DNA from: an uncultured Clostridia bacterium
GTDB lineage: Bacteria > Bacillota > Clostridia > TANB77 > CAG-508
DNA length: 34,816 nucleotides
Direction of reading: 5' to 3'
Assembly: GCA_944388615.1 (NCBI GenBank)
Contig: CALXJL010000001.1
Location: 1-34,816 of the forward strand
Shown: piece after piece, positions 1 to 8,983 of the stretch
Numbering within the stretch: position 1 is the first letter of the stretch
Layout: each line of letters opens with the position of its first letter
Program-made: the position numbers and the translations under genes
Notes under the pieces: model-generated
The model's database searches: none
What the model was told of the DNA's origin: nothing
What the model saw: the letters and a program-made list of their open reading frames with translations, nothing else

Positions 1-14
1 GGTAATTTTTTCAT
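1..14 (-). CDS. 5' tip of an unidentified gene continuing beyond the left edge
   Basis: Reverse complement of 1-30 reads AAGGTGGGGTAAATAG ATG AAA AAA TTA CC. An SD-like GGTGGGG lies 7 nt upstream of the ATG (12-14). Only 4 codons are visible, so the product cannot be called. Confidence 0.3.
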
Positions 15-188
15 CTATTTACCCCACCTTCTTTATTTTGTTTCTTCTATATAAAATGCAAAATATTACAAAACACTATTAATTTCTAGTTCAATCTTAC
101 TATATAATTTTTAAAAAAGCAAGCAATTTGCAGAGCTGTTTATGAATAATATTTTAGGTTGTCTTACTGAACTGTAATGTAACTATAT

Positions 189-1310
189 TTAATTAGTTTT
201 ATTTAAATTCATATTTATATAATCCCATATAAGTAGTTTTATTACACATGCTATTGGTACTCCTAAGAACATTCCTAAAATTCCAAAATATGCTCCACCT
301 ACTGTAACAGCAAATATTACTAGTATTGGACTTATTTTCAAAGAGTTTCCTACTATTTTAGGATTTATAATATTTGCATCTATTTGTTGTAATATTATTA
401 CTACAATAGCCATTATTACTGCTTTAGATAATCCTCCAGTTATAAGAGTTATAATTATTGCTATTATAACTGCTATTATTGCTCCAAAGTACGGAATTAA
501 ATTAAATAAACCAATCATAAATCCTAACAATACTGCATATTTTACATCCATAATCAGCATTGCTATTGATGTTAATGCCCCAATTACTATTGCATCTAAT
601 AATTGGCTAGATAAGAATTTTAAAAATATTTCATTTGTTCTATTAAAATATTCTGATAATTTATTATATGTTTTTTCTTTAAAAATAGCTCTTAACAATT
701 TTTCAAAAAACTCTACTATTTCTTTTCTTTCCACTAAAATATATACAGACACTATGAATGCAACAAAAACATCGAATATTCCTGTAGCAATTCCTATTGC
801 TTCTTTTGCATAATTCCAAATATTATCAATATTTAAGTATTCTCCTATATCAATAGATCTAATTTGATTTGCCAGTTCAATTACCTCTTCACTTTTTAAT
901 ATTGAGTCCTCTGGTAAATCTCTCAATTTATCCATTGCTGTATTGTAATAGCCTTGGAAATTATTTGTTAAGTCTACAATACTCTCTTGCACTACTGGAA
1001 TAATAAATCTTATGGCTAAAAATATTAGAATTCCTACTAAAATATATACTATTAGAACACTTAAAGACCTTGCTTTTTTCTTAAATAGTTTTACTTTAGA
1101 TTTTTTTATTTTCGCTTCGATTTTTCTACATGGTATATATAATAAATATGCAATTAATACACCAACTACAAATGGCATTAGTGTACTTAATAATTTCGAA
1201 ACCCAATTTATTATATCTGTAAAATTATCTAACATTTTGTATATAAAGATTACTGCTATAGCAAATGTAAACCAGTACAGCCACTTAGTTAACTTACGCT
1301 TTTTTTCCAT
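189..1310 (-). CDS. AI-2E family transporter (PerM/YtvI-like integral membrane protein)
   Basis: Track ORF 189..1319. Multi-pass hydrophobic protein with a central soluble loop and the C-terminal GILGMFLGVPIA-type segment typical of AI-2E permeases. The track start is a GTG; the ATG at 1310 follows GGTGGGAAGTGGAG and is the likelier start. It lies 16 nt downstream of the xth stop, so it is probably co-transcribed. Confidence 0.8.
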   Translation of the reverse strand: MEKKRKLTKWLYWFTFAIAVIFIYKMLDNFTDIINWVSKLLSTLMPFVVGVLIAYLLYIPCRKIEAKIKKSKVKLFKKKARSLSVLIVYILVGILIFLAIRFIIPVVQESIVDLTNNFQGYYNTAMDKLRDLPEDSILKSEEVIELANQIRSIDIGEYLNIDNIWNYAKEAIGIATGIFDVFVAFIVSVYILVERKEIVEFFEKLLRAIFKEKTYNKLSEYFNRTNEIFLKFLSSQLLDAIVIGALTSIAMLIMDVKYAVLLGFMIGLFNLIPYFGAIIAVIIAIIITLITGGLSKAVIMAIVVIILQQIDANIINPKIVGNSLKISPILVIFAVTVGGAYFGILGMFLGVPIACVIKLLIWDYINMNLNKTN

Positions 1311-1326
1311 ATACTCCACTTCCCAC

Positions 1327-2082
1327 CTATATTTTTATTTCCAATCCTACAGGACAATGATCACTTCCCATAATATTAGAATATATTGTACTTTCTTGTA
1401 TATTTTTTTCAATAGATTTTGATGTTATAAAATAATCTATTCTCCATCCAACATTCTTTTCTCTTGCATGAAACATATATGACCACCAAGAATAACATTC
1501 TGTTTTATCTGGATATAAATATCTAAATGAATCTGTAAATCCCCCGTTTAATAATTCTGTCATTTTACCTCTTTCTTCATCTGTAAATCCTGCACTTCTT
1601 CTATTTGTTTTTGGATTTTTTAAATCAATTTCTTCATGTGCAACATTTAGATCTCCACAATATATAACTGGTTTAATTTTATCTAATTCTTTTAAATAAT
1701 TTCTTATCTCATCTTCCCAGATCATTCTATAATCTAATCTTTCTAATTCTCTTTTTGAATTTGGTGTATAACAATTTACTAAATAGAATTTATCGAATTC
1801 AAGTGTTATCACTCTTCCTTCTTTGTCATGCTCTTCTTTTCCAATTCCATAAGTGACATTTATTGGTTTTTTCTTACTAAACACAGCTGTTCCTGAATAC
1901 CCTCTTTTTTCAGCACTATTCCAATATTTATAGTATTTATCTGCTTCTATATTTGCTTGTCCTTCTTGCATCTTTGTTTCTTGAATACAAAAAATATCTG
2001 CATCAATCTGCTTAAAAAAATTCATAAATCCTTTGTTTAAAGCTGCTCTTAAGCCATTTACATTCCATGATATTAATTTCAT
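1327..2082 (-). CDS. xth: Exodeoxyribonuclease III (ExoIII/APE family, EEP fold)
   Basis: MKLISWNVNGLRA N-terminus, CIQETK, GDLNVAH and the C-terminal SDHCPV motif. 251 aa, typical length. SD AGGAGG (complement of ~2089-2094) upstream. Confidence 0.92.
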   Translation of the reverse strand: MKLISWNVNGLRAALNKGFMNFFKQIDADIFCIQETKMQEGQANIEADKYYKYWNSAEKRGYSGTAVFSKKKPINVTYGIGKEEHDKEGRVITLEFDKFYLVNCYTPNSKRELERLDYRMIWEDEIRNYLKELDKIKPVIYCGDLNVAHEEIDLKNPKTNRRSAGFTDEERGKMTELLNGGFTDSFRYLYPDKTECYSWWSYMFHAREKNVGWRIDYFITSKSIEKNIQESTIYSNIMGSDHCPVGLEIKI

Positions 2083-5000
2083 ATTTTTTTCCTCCTAATA
2101 TATTAGTCTTTTGCTGTTTTGGTTCTCCACCAAATGGTGGAACAATTGATACAAATTCCGAATCTATTGAATCTTCTTCATGTTGTATAATTGGAGCAGA
2201 TAAATCTAAATTAGCTGGTATTTCTTTATATATCCTTCTTCCTTCACTATTATATATTCTTCCTATCTCTACATAATTACTAAATTCACAATTGCAATTT
2301 ATATCTAACATTTTTGATAATGTTATACTTTTTGTTTCACTGTCTCCTGGTGCTAATTGCCTAGTTGAAGTTTTTACTATTGTACTAACATTTTGTTTTA
2401 TAGTATCTAACATTTTATCTGAACCATTTGAATAAACTTCCCAACCTTGATCTTCATTATTTGCTTTTACAAATATAAAATTAGGGTCTACATAATCGTA
2501 TATTGTGTATTGGTTAGATATTGAACCTGATTTATTAGTTACTTTTATATCATATGTTACTGTTAATGTTGCTCCATGTATAATTTCGTCATCCATTGTT
2601 ATCATTAAATTTTTATTTAAATTTATTACACTTTGATCATTTATATTTGATATTAATGTAGAGCCATTAGACAAGACTAGGCTTAAATTTGATATTTTTT
2701 TATTTATTTCTACATTATTTTTTGGTCTTTCTTTTATTCTTAAATTTGCACCTTTTATATTTTCTTTAGCATAATGAAACTCTATATCCATTTTTGCAAT
2801 CATTTGAGTACTTCTAGCTATTTCCCCTAAATTAGATTTATTCGTTATGTCTGGATCTAATTGTCTTATCATTGTTCCTGAAACATAATCTATCTCCTTA
2901 AAATTATTGTTAACTTCATTTCTTCTTTCAATATCATCTTGCGCATATTGTTCACTAGCAATAACTGTTTCTGCTGTTATGTCTACTGTGTCAACTCTTT
3001 GAATATTGCTTTTAATCTCTCCTTCTGTAATTATTTCATATAATCCTTTTTCCAGCATCTCAAAAATCTGATCTGAATCTGCAAAATATGTAGCACTACC
3101 AGATGTATATGATGTATCATAATTATGTTCTCCTATTATTAATGTTATTGGAACAAATCCTCTATCCATAGCTTTTTGATATGCTAATTTTACATCTTCT
3201 ATTGAGCATGTTGGTTCTCCATCTGTAATAACTAAAATGTATCTTGTTGCATCATTATAATATGTATTTCCATTATAATAATAATTATCAAGAGCAGTAT
3301 TTATTGCTACAGCAGTATTTGTACCTTTAGCATCTGTTAGTTTTGCATGTGCTTGTTTTAACATTTCATTCATTGCAGGATTATTTGCGTAAAATGCTGC
3401 GACTTCACCTTCTCCTCCATATTCATCTTTTAATGTTTTTATAAAATAATCTTTTTTACTTTTTTGTATAAATGGTTCAAAATGTTCTACTTGCTCTTTA
3501 AAAATTTCGAAAGACATAGAAACATGTTCCTCATATGTAGCAAATAATTTATTTATTAAATTTATTGTTCCAGCTTGTGCTTGTACAATTTTAGCATCTT
3601 CATACATACTTCCAGATTGATCTAATACAATACATATCTCTATATTATTATATTTTTTCTTTTCCACTTGCACTTCTTCCTCTTCTTCTACTATTTCTGT
3701 TTCTATATTTGTAGTTACGTCTGTATTAGATTCAATATTTTCGTCAGATTGTGTCGATTCATAATCCTGCCCATTATATTTTTTATTTTCTGATAATTGT
3801 GCTTGTCCACCATATGTAAATTTTAATTCATATTTTTTAGAATTTACTTCAAAATTACTTTCACTTATATAATTTGCACTTGCACCTTCTACATTTTCAA
3901 ATTTATAATTTCCATTTTCATCTGTACTAGCAGTTCCTTTAATATCACCTGTATCTTTATCTATTAATTCTACTTGTACATTTTTTATATTCTCATTATC
4001 TGAAATAGAATGAACATTTCCTTCTATAGAAGATTTGCCCTCATTTAAATCTACTACTGAATCATATGTTTCTGTAAGATCTGGAGTAGTGTTTGGTGGT
4101 TCGACATTATTTTCTTCTGAGTTATTAGTATTCTCTGTTTTTATATATAAACATGTTCTAAATCCTATATCCGTAGCATCTACAGTTTCACTAAGAATTC
4201 TAGATGCCATAGGTGTTTCATTTGATTTGGTATTCCAACTTCCTCCTCTTAGTATATAGTTTCCATTTAATGTTTCTTGTGTTATATCCGATAAATTTCC
4301 TGCCATTCCAAATAATCCGTTTAATAAATACTCTGTCTTTATTGATTTTAACTCTTCTGCATCTAGTCCAAAATATTTATTTCCAGGGATATCTGAACTA
4401 TCTTTTAATATTGACTCTTCTAAATTTGAAATATTCGAGTTTGAATATGTGTCTAATAACCATAGCATAGCTGCATCCCACTCAAATCCATATGTTAAAT
4501 GACTACTTACAGACTTATCTTCTGAATATACATTTTTAGCTATACTAATAACTTTATCGTAACTCAAGTGATATACTCCTTGTTCATCACATTCTAATCC
4601 AGATTTTTCTGTTACTCCTTCTTTATAATTCTCAGGAGTAACTTGTCTATAATAATCACCATTTTTTGCGTAACCTGTATTTTCTGTTTTTAAGTCCATA
4701 CCTCTAGCCTTATTATAATAATTTCCATCTTCATCATATCCAAACTCGGCTACACTCATATAAAAACCTTTATATGTTTCTATACTATTTTTTAAATTTA
4801 TATAATCTTCTGAATTTATTGGATCTGTTGCTTCTATATTGTCTACATCTTCAATACCATTTTCTTTATATTTTAATTTAAGACTTTCTTTTATACTTTC
4901 TATATTATCATATTTAACTGGTATCCATATAAATACAAGATTTTCATTGTTCTCATCTTGTATCGCAATTGTTTCTGATAATGCTATATATTTAAACCCT

Positions 5001-5257
5001 CTTGGTATTGGTATAGATTCTTCATTTAGATTTATATATTTCTCAACATATTCATTATTATTTTCGTCTTCTTCCACTATATTAGACCTACTATTATATA
5101 AAATTTGTTCTGGTTTTTTTGAGCTGGTTTCTATTAACTTTATTTCATTAGCTACTTCTTCTATTTTGTTATTACCTTCTAAATAATATTTGAGCGATAT
5201 TATTACAGCACTAAAAATTAAAAATAAACCTATAAATTTAATGTATTTCTTTTTCAT
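2012..5257 (-). CDS. Secreted multidomain surface protein: FGE/SUMF1-like lectin-fold domain + SdrD-B/Cna-B-like domain + von Willebrand factor A domain + C-terminal beta-sandwich module; anchor degenerate
   Basis: N-terminal signal anchor MKKKYIKFIGLFLIFSAVIISL. FGE-like strings: GFYMSVAEF..., TYGFEWDAAMLW, GMAGNLSDIT, ILRGGSWNT...DIGFRTC. SdrD-B-like: DENGNYKFENVEG...YNGQDYEST. vWA MIDAS: IVLDQSGSM, GTNTAVAI, LVITDGEPT. The tail ...VSIVPPFGGE has no hydrophobic anchor and the ORF overlaps xth by 71 nt. Confidence 0.8.
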   Translation of the reverse strand: MKKKYIKFIGLFLIFSAVIISLKYYLEGNNKIEEVANEIKLIETSSKKPEQILYNSRSNIVEEDENNNEYVEKYINLNEESIPIPRGFKYIALSETIAIQDENNENLVFIWIPVKYDNIESIKESLKLKYKENGIEDVDNIEATDPINSEDYINLKNSIETYKGFYMSVAEFGYDEDGNYYNKARGMDLKTENTGYAKNGDYYRQVTPENYKEGVTEKSGLECDEQGVYHLSYDKVISIAKNVYSEDKSVSSHLTYGFEWDAAMLWLLDTYSNSNISNLEESILKDSSDIPGNKYFGLDAEELKSIKTEYLLNGLFGMAGNLSDITQETLNGNYILRGGSWNTKSNETPMASRILSETVDATDIGFRTCLYIKTENTNNSEENNVEPPNTTPDLTETYDSVVDLNEGKSSIEGNVHSISDNENIKNVQVELIDKDTGDIKGTASTDENGNYKFENVEGASANYISESNFEVNSKKYELKFTYGGQAQLSENKKYNGQDYESTQSDENIESNTDVTTNIETEIVEEEEEVQVEKKKYNNIEICIVLDQSGSMYEDAKIVQAQAGTINLINKLFATYEEHVSMSFEIFKEQVEHFEPFIQKSKKDYFIKTLKDEYGGEGEVAAFYANNPAMNEMLKQAHAKLTDAKGTNTAVAINTALDNYYYNGNTYYNDATRYILVITDGEPTCSIEDVKLAYQKAMDRGFVPITLIIGEHNYDTSYTSGSATYFADSDQIFEMLEKGLYEIITEGEIKSNIQRVDTVDITAETVIASEQYAQDDIERRNEVNNNFKEIDYVSGTMIRQLDPDITNKSNLGEIARSTQMIAKMDIEFHYAKENIKGANLRIKERPKNNVEINKKISNLSLVLSNGSTLISNINDQSVINLNKNLMITMDDEIIHGATLTVTYDIKVTNKSGSISNQYTIYDYVDPNFIFVKANNEDQGWEVYSNGSDKMLDTIKQNVSTIVKTSTRQLAPGDSETKSITLSKMLDINCNCEFSNYVEIGRIYNSEGRRIYKEIPANLDLSAPIIQHEEDSIDSEFVSIVPPFGGEPKQQKTNILGGKKYEINIMECKWLKSSFKQRIYEFF

Positions 5258-5323
5258 GCCTAATAAATTCCCTCCTTTGTTTCTCCTATTTTTCTATATA
5301 TTAATCAATCATACTCTTACTTA

Positions 5324-5352
5324 ATTATACCATAATAACCATCTTTTGTAAA
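5324..5352 (-). promoter_or_regulatory. Sigma-A-type promoter for the vWA surface-protein gene
   Basis: The minus strand reads TTTACA-17 nt-TATAAT with an extended -10 (TGgTATAAT), about 65 nt upstream of the ATG at 5257. Confidence 0.6.
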
Positions 5353-5370
5353 ACCTTGTAATATACGCAA

Positions 5371-5414
5371 ATACCCCTCATTATTAAACATTTTTGTTCA
5401 ATAATGAAGGGTAT
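5371..5414 (-). terminator. Hairpin immediately downstream of the yabE-like gene
   Basis: ATACCCCTCATTATT (5371-5385) pairs with AATAATGAAGGGTAT (5400-5414), 14/15 pairs and a 14-nt loop. It starts 10 nt after the stop at 5424. The T-run is better on the plus side, so strength on the minus strand is uncertain. Confidence 0.5.
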
Positions 5415-5423
5415 ATTTTTTTC

Positions 5424-6371
5424 TTAATTTACAACTTCTACTTGTAAATATTTCACTCCCCAAGCTAATGCTTGTGAATGGTTATTCATATATATATCTA
5501 TTTTATTTCCTTGAATTGCTCCACCTCTGTCTTCAACAACATATATATTTCCATTTATTTTTAATTTTGTTCCTAGTGGAAATTGGCTTGATGCTGCTAC
5601 TGTACGTCCTGCAGTTGCTCTTGTTCCTGATGCAGTTATTCCATTTGCAGATGATCCACAACATTTAGAACATGGGCAATATGCTGTAACTTTAAATGTT
5701 CCTTTATTTACACCTGATACTCCTGCACCTGATGTTGTTTGTGTTCTATCTATTCCTGTACTTCTTGATGTTACTACTGATTGTACTTGAACAATTTTAT
5801 TTACTGGTTCTTTTATAACTACTGAAGATAACTCTATTTTCTCTATCTCTACATCATTTTGATATTTTACCTGATAAGTTATTTCTTTTAAACCATTTTC
5901 GCCTTCTTTTATAACTTTTTCTTTCTTATTTCCGACTGTTTCTGAAACATCTTTTGTTATTGTTTCAAATGGTATAACAACTTGTTCCTTTATAATTTTT
6001 TCTGTTATTGTACTATAATTTGAAAGTATTTCCTCAACAGTTTGAGTTTCTGTTGTTTCAGCTACAATTTCTTCTTCCATATTATAGTCTGATTTAACTA
6101 TTTTAATTGTCTTATTGTCTGATATCTCACTATCTAAACTTGGTATGCTTATTTCATCTTCTAATAAAACTATATGATTATCCTCTAAAATTTCAGATAC
6201 TTTTGTTTTTGTAGTCATTACTGACATTTCATAATCATTTGCTAATACTATTTTTACATTTGATAATTTCATATTAGTAGCTTTTACACCTATACCTGTT
6301 ACTAATAACAATATTAGGCACACTCCTAAAATTTTAATTATCGATATTGATGCTCTTTCTTTATTATTCAT
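5424..6371 (-). CDS. YabE/RpfB-architecture cell-wall protein (N-terminal TM, DUF348-like region, G5 domain, C-terminal 3D/DPBB domain)
   Basis: TM ISIIKILGVCLILLLVTGIGV. G5-like KEKVIKEGENGLKEITYQVKYQNDVEIEKIEL. 3D domain FKVTAYCPCSKCCG...TASGTRA...VVEDRGGAIQGNKIDIY. It sits directly downstream of tatD, as yabD-yabE does in Bacillus. Confidence 0.85.
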   Translation of the reverse strand: MNNKERASISIIKILGVCLILLLVTGIGVKATNMKLSNVKIVLANDYEMSVMTTKTKVSEILEDNHIVLLEDEISIPSLDSEISDNKTIKIVKSDYNMEEEIVAETTETQTVEEILSNYSTITEKIIKEQVVIPFETITKDVSETVGNKKEKVIKEGENGLKEITYQVKYQNDVEIEKIELSSVVIKEPVNKIVQVQSVVTSRSTGIDRTQTTSGAGVSGVNKGTFKVTAYCPCSKCCGSSANGITASGTRATAGRTVAASSQFPLGTKLKINGNIYVVEDRGGAIQGNKIDIYMNNHSQALAWGVKYLQVEVVN

Positions 6372-6403
6372 ACGAATACATTCCTCCTTTAAGCAACGAA
6401 CGC

Positions 6404-6432
6404 ATTATACCATATATTATTTATTTTGTCAA
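6404..6432 (-). promoter_or_regulatory. Consensus sigma-A promoter for the yabE-like gene
   Basis: The minus strand reads TTGACA (complement of 6427-6432)-17 nt-TATAAT (6404-6409), preceded by TGg (extended -10). A TGACGAA (Spo0A-box-like, complement of 6435-6441) lies 2 nt upstream of the -35. Confidence 0.7.
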
Positions 6433-6512
6433 ATTTCGTCACTTTCCGTAATAAAAGCTGTTATTCAACCTTTATTAATATATATATTCAACTTGTCTCA
6501 TATTTATTACAA

Positions 6513-7293
6513 TTATTTTTTTATTTTAAATAATTTTAAAGAATTTTCATATAGTATATTTGCCACTTTTTCTACATCCATCTGTTTAAATATAGCTACT
6601 TTTTCTGCCATATATTTCACATTCCTGCAATCATTTCTTGTACCTCTTACTGGTTCTGGAGCCAAATATGGACTATCTGTCTCTATTACTATTTTTTCTA
6701 TTGGTACCATTTCTACTATTGATGCAGCATTTTTAGAATTTTTAAATGTTATTGGACCTGCAAATGATATATAATAATCGAGTTTTAATGCCTGTTTTAT
6801 TAATTCTCTATTTAATTGACAACAATGAAATACTCCCGTATTATTGCATTTCACTTCATTTAAAACACTTATTGTATCGATTCCGTGCATCTCTTGAATG
6901 AATAGAAATTGGCAAATCTAATTTATTTGCTAATTCTATTTGTTTGCTAAATAATATTCTCTGTATTTGTTTATCATATCCGTCATAATGATAATCTAAC
7001 CCGATTTCACCAATAGCAACTACTTTATCATTTTTAGCTAGTTCTTCTATTTTTCTTACCATATTATCTATTTCATCAATCGATTCTGGTGCTTCCTGTG
7101 GTGATATTCCCACAGCTGCATATATATTGCTATTTTTTTGTGCAATTTTTATCGCATCTATTGAACTTTTTTCATTATATCCAACACATACAAATTTTTC
7201 CACTTCACTATCCATTGTATTAGATATAATTTCATCTAAATCATCTCTAAATTGTTCATCATTATAATGTGAATGTGTATCAAATAATTTCAA
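6513..7293 (-). pseudogene. tatD: TatD-family metal-dependent DNase/hydrolase interrupted by a single +1 frameshift (or a sequence error)
   Basis: Two overlapping track ORFs (6856..7293 and 6513..6890) together give a full TatD: MKLFDTHSHY..., AIGEIGLDYHY, LPISIHSRDA | (G/R)IDTISVLNE..., GVFHCC, ISFAGPITFKN, ETDSPYLAP. The frame changes at ...GCA C GGA ATC... (plus strand ATTCCG 6881-6886). TTG start 1 nt after the acpS stop, with GGAGG 7 nt upstream. Confidence 0.85.
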
Positions 7294-7294
7294 T

Positions 7295-7681
7295 TTACTT
7301 CCTCCAATTTATACAACAAGTTGCAATTGCAATCTCTTTAATATGTGATAAACTTATATCTATATATTCCAAATCTTCAATTAAATAATCTGGTAATTTA
7401 ATGAAATTTACATTTGGTCTTCCATATTTATCTGGTAATATTTCAGCATTTTGCCAATTTATCTCATATTTATCTTTTAACTTGCTTGAAACAGCTTTAA
7501 ATATCGCCTCTTTTGCAGCAAATCTAGCTGCATAATGTTGATATTTCATCATACCTGTTTTTTCACAATATTCAATTTCTTTTTTTGTAAATATTTTTTT
7601 TATAAATTGATCCTTTAATTTTTCAATTCCATCTTGTATTCTACTAACTTCAATAATATCTGTTCCAACAGTTGTTATCAT
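7295..7681 (-). CDS. acpS: Holo-[acyl-carrier-protein] synthase (4'-phosphopantetheinyl transferase)
   Basis: MITTVGTDIIEVSRI..., AARFAAKEAIFKA and ISLSH motifs of AcpS; ~128 aa. The ATG at 7681 follows AAGGTGG; the track start at 7690 is a GTG inside that SD. Confidence 0.9.
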   Translation of the reverse strand: MITTVGTDIIEVSRIQDGIEKLKDQFIKKIFTKKEIEYCEKTGMMKYQHYAARFAAKEAIFKAVSSKLKDKYEINWQNAEILPDKYGRPNVNFIKLPDYLIEDLEYIDISLSHIKEIAIATCCINWRK

Positions 7682-7702
7682 TATATCCACCTTTATGTCA
7701 AT

Positions 7703-8956
7703 TTAAATTGCACCTTTTGTATACAGAAAAATAAATCCTCCTATATTGCATAGTAGAGTTACAACTAATAATACTGTAATTACTTTATTAGTTGACCTTG
7801 TTTTTTCTATATTATAGTCTTTATATTCTACGTCATATTTATTTTTTATTTCTTTGTATTCTTTTTGAATTCCCAGTGCTACTTGCCAATCATCATATAG
7901 CATTGCCCCTGTTTCATCATTTGTCGCTTCTTGAATCCAAATATCTTGTGTGAACTTAATAAATTTTCTTCTTATTCTTTCAAAATTTGATGTTTTTTTC
8001 ATATCATAAATTAGTTTATTTAAATATATTTTTTTATATAATGTTAATATATATAAATACAAATATTCTCTTTCAAATGCATGTGGTAATTTAGTATAAT
8101 TATCAGAGTTTTCGCATGATGCTAATAATACAGCAGATTGTTTAGTTGTTCCATATTTTATATATTTCCAATATTCAAGAGTTTTCATTTTTCTTTTTTG
8201 TGCTTCATCATTAAAATCAATTTTATCTGTACTCTTCAATACATTAACAAATCTATACATATTTGAATCTATTATTTCCTCATCGGTATCTTTATTCCAG
8301 TCTTGCTGATCTACACATGCATATGAATATGTAATAAAACTATCACTATTTATATTTATTTCTTTTGCAGATATTCCTGTTCCAGAAATCTCTTTTATAA
8401 TTTCAGATAATTCTTTTATATCCTTAAATGTAGATGTTTGTATTTTTATATTCTCTATATCTTTTAATTTACCATAATTAGAATTTACATCTCTAAATTT
8501 ATAGTTAAAATCTAACACTTCTGAAAACTTATTATTATTAGATAATACTGTTTTTATTAGAATAAAACATATTCCTGTATTAAAACAAATTATATCTATA
8601 TTTGGTACATCAAAAAAAATCCCATCTGAATCTACTACTTTTCCCTGAACTTTATTACCCATGTTATATTCAAACATAGTACAAGGCTGTTTTGCAATTA
8701 TAGCAGCCTTCATATCTAATGATAACCCATCTAATTTTTCTTTTTTAGCATCACTATAATCAAATGACCAAAACATATATTGTCTTATTTTTGGCAAAAA
8801 ATGTGTATAAATATTTATATCTTTTTCTTTTGCAAAATATTTCATTTTACAATTTTTATTTTTTAGTAATCTTAAAATAAATTTGTCAAATTTCCCTTCA
8901 TTAATTAAAAACGGATATATAAAGTATGAATATTGATATTTTGTCCTTAGTTCCAT
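7703..8956 (-). CDS. Hypothetical protein, soluble N-domain + helical region + single C-terminal TM helix (family not recognised)
   Basis: Long ORF with coding-like composition. The ATG at 8956 follows GAGGGA with a 6-nt spacer; the ATG at 8974 has no SD. C-terminal NKVITVLLVVTLLCNIGGFIFLY is a TM segment. The layout is loosely reminiscent of CorA/RMD1-type proteins, but there is no GMN motif and no second TM. Confidence 0.6.
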   Translation of the reverse strand: MELRTKYQYSYFIYPFLINEGKFDKFILRLLKNKNCKMKYFAKEKDINIYTHFLPKIRQYMFWSFDYSDAKKEKLDGLSLDMKAAIIAKQPCTMFEYNMGNKVQGKVVDSDGIFFDVPNIDIICFNTGICFILIKTVLSNNNKFSEVLDFNYKFRDVNSNYGKLKDIENIKIQTSTFKDIKELSEIIKEISGTGISAKEININSDSFITYSYACVDQQDWNKDTDEEIIDSNMYRFVNVLKSTDKIDFNDEAQKRKMKTLEYWKYIKYGTTKQSAVLLASCENSDNYTKLPHAFEREYLYLYILTLYKKIYLNKLIYDMKKTSNFERIRRKFIKFTQDIWIQEATNDETGAMLYDDWQVALGIQKEYKEIKNKYDVEYKDYNIEKTRSTNKVITVLLVVTLLCNIGGFIFLYTKGAI

Positions 8957-8983
8957 AATTATTCCCTCTTTCATTTTTATTTT

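Noticed and set aside
2155-2160. ATTCCG at 2155 (also 15239, 23942 and 31323) as additional hidden frameshift sites, possibly explaining the odd 3' end of the vWA gene.
   Set aside because: Translation through these four sites stays in a sensible frame (for example EKLSNSELLAI in RadC, IGDGIYDE and SEDGGISN in the giant proteins). For the vWA gene, neither alternative frame after 2155 yields a TM anchor. The motif alone therefore does not imply a shift.
4141-4300. Diversity-generating retroelement targeting the FGE/C-type-lectin-fold domain of the vWA protein.
   Set aside because: There is no reverse transcriptase, accessory gene or detectable template-repeat copy anywhere in the window. The lectin-fold domain is internal rather than C-terminal. 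It is kept only as a genome-wide check.
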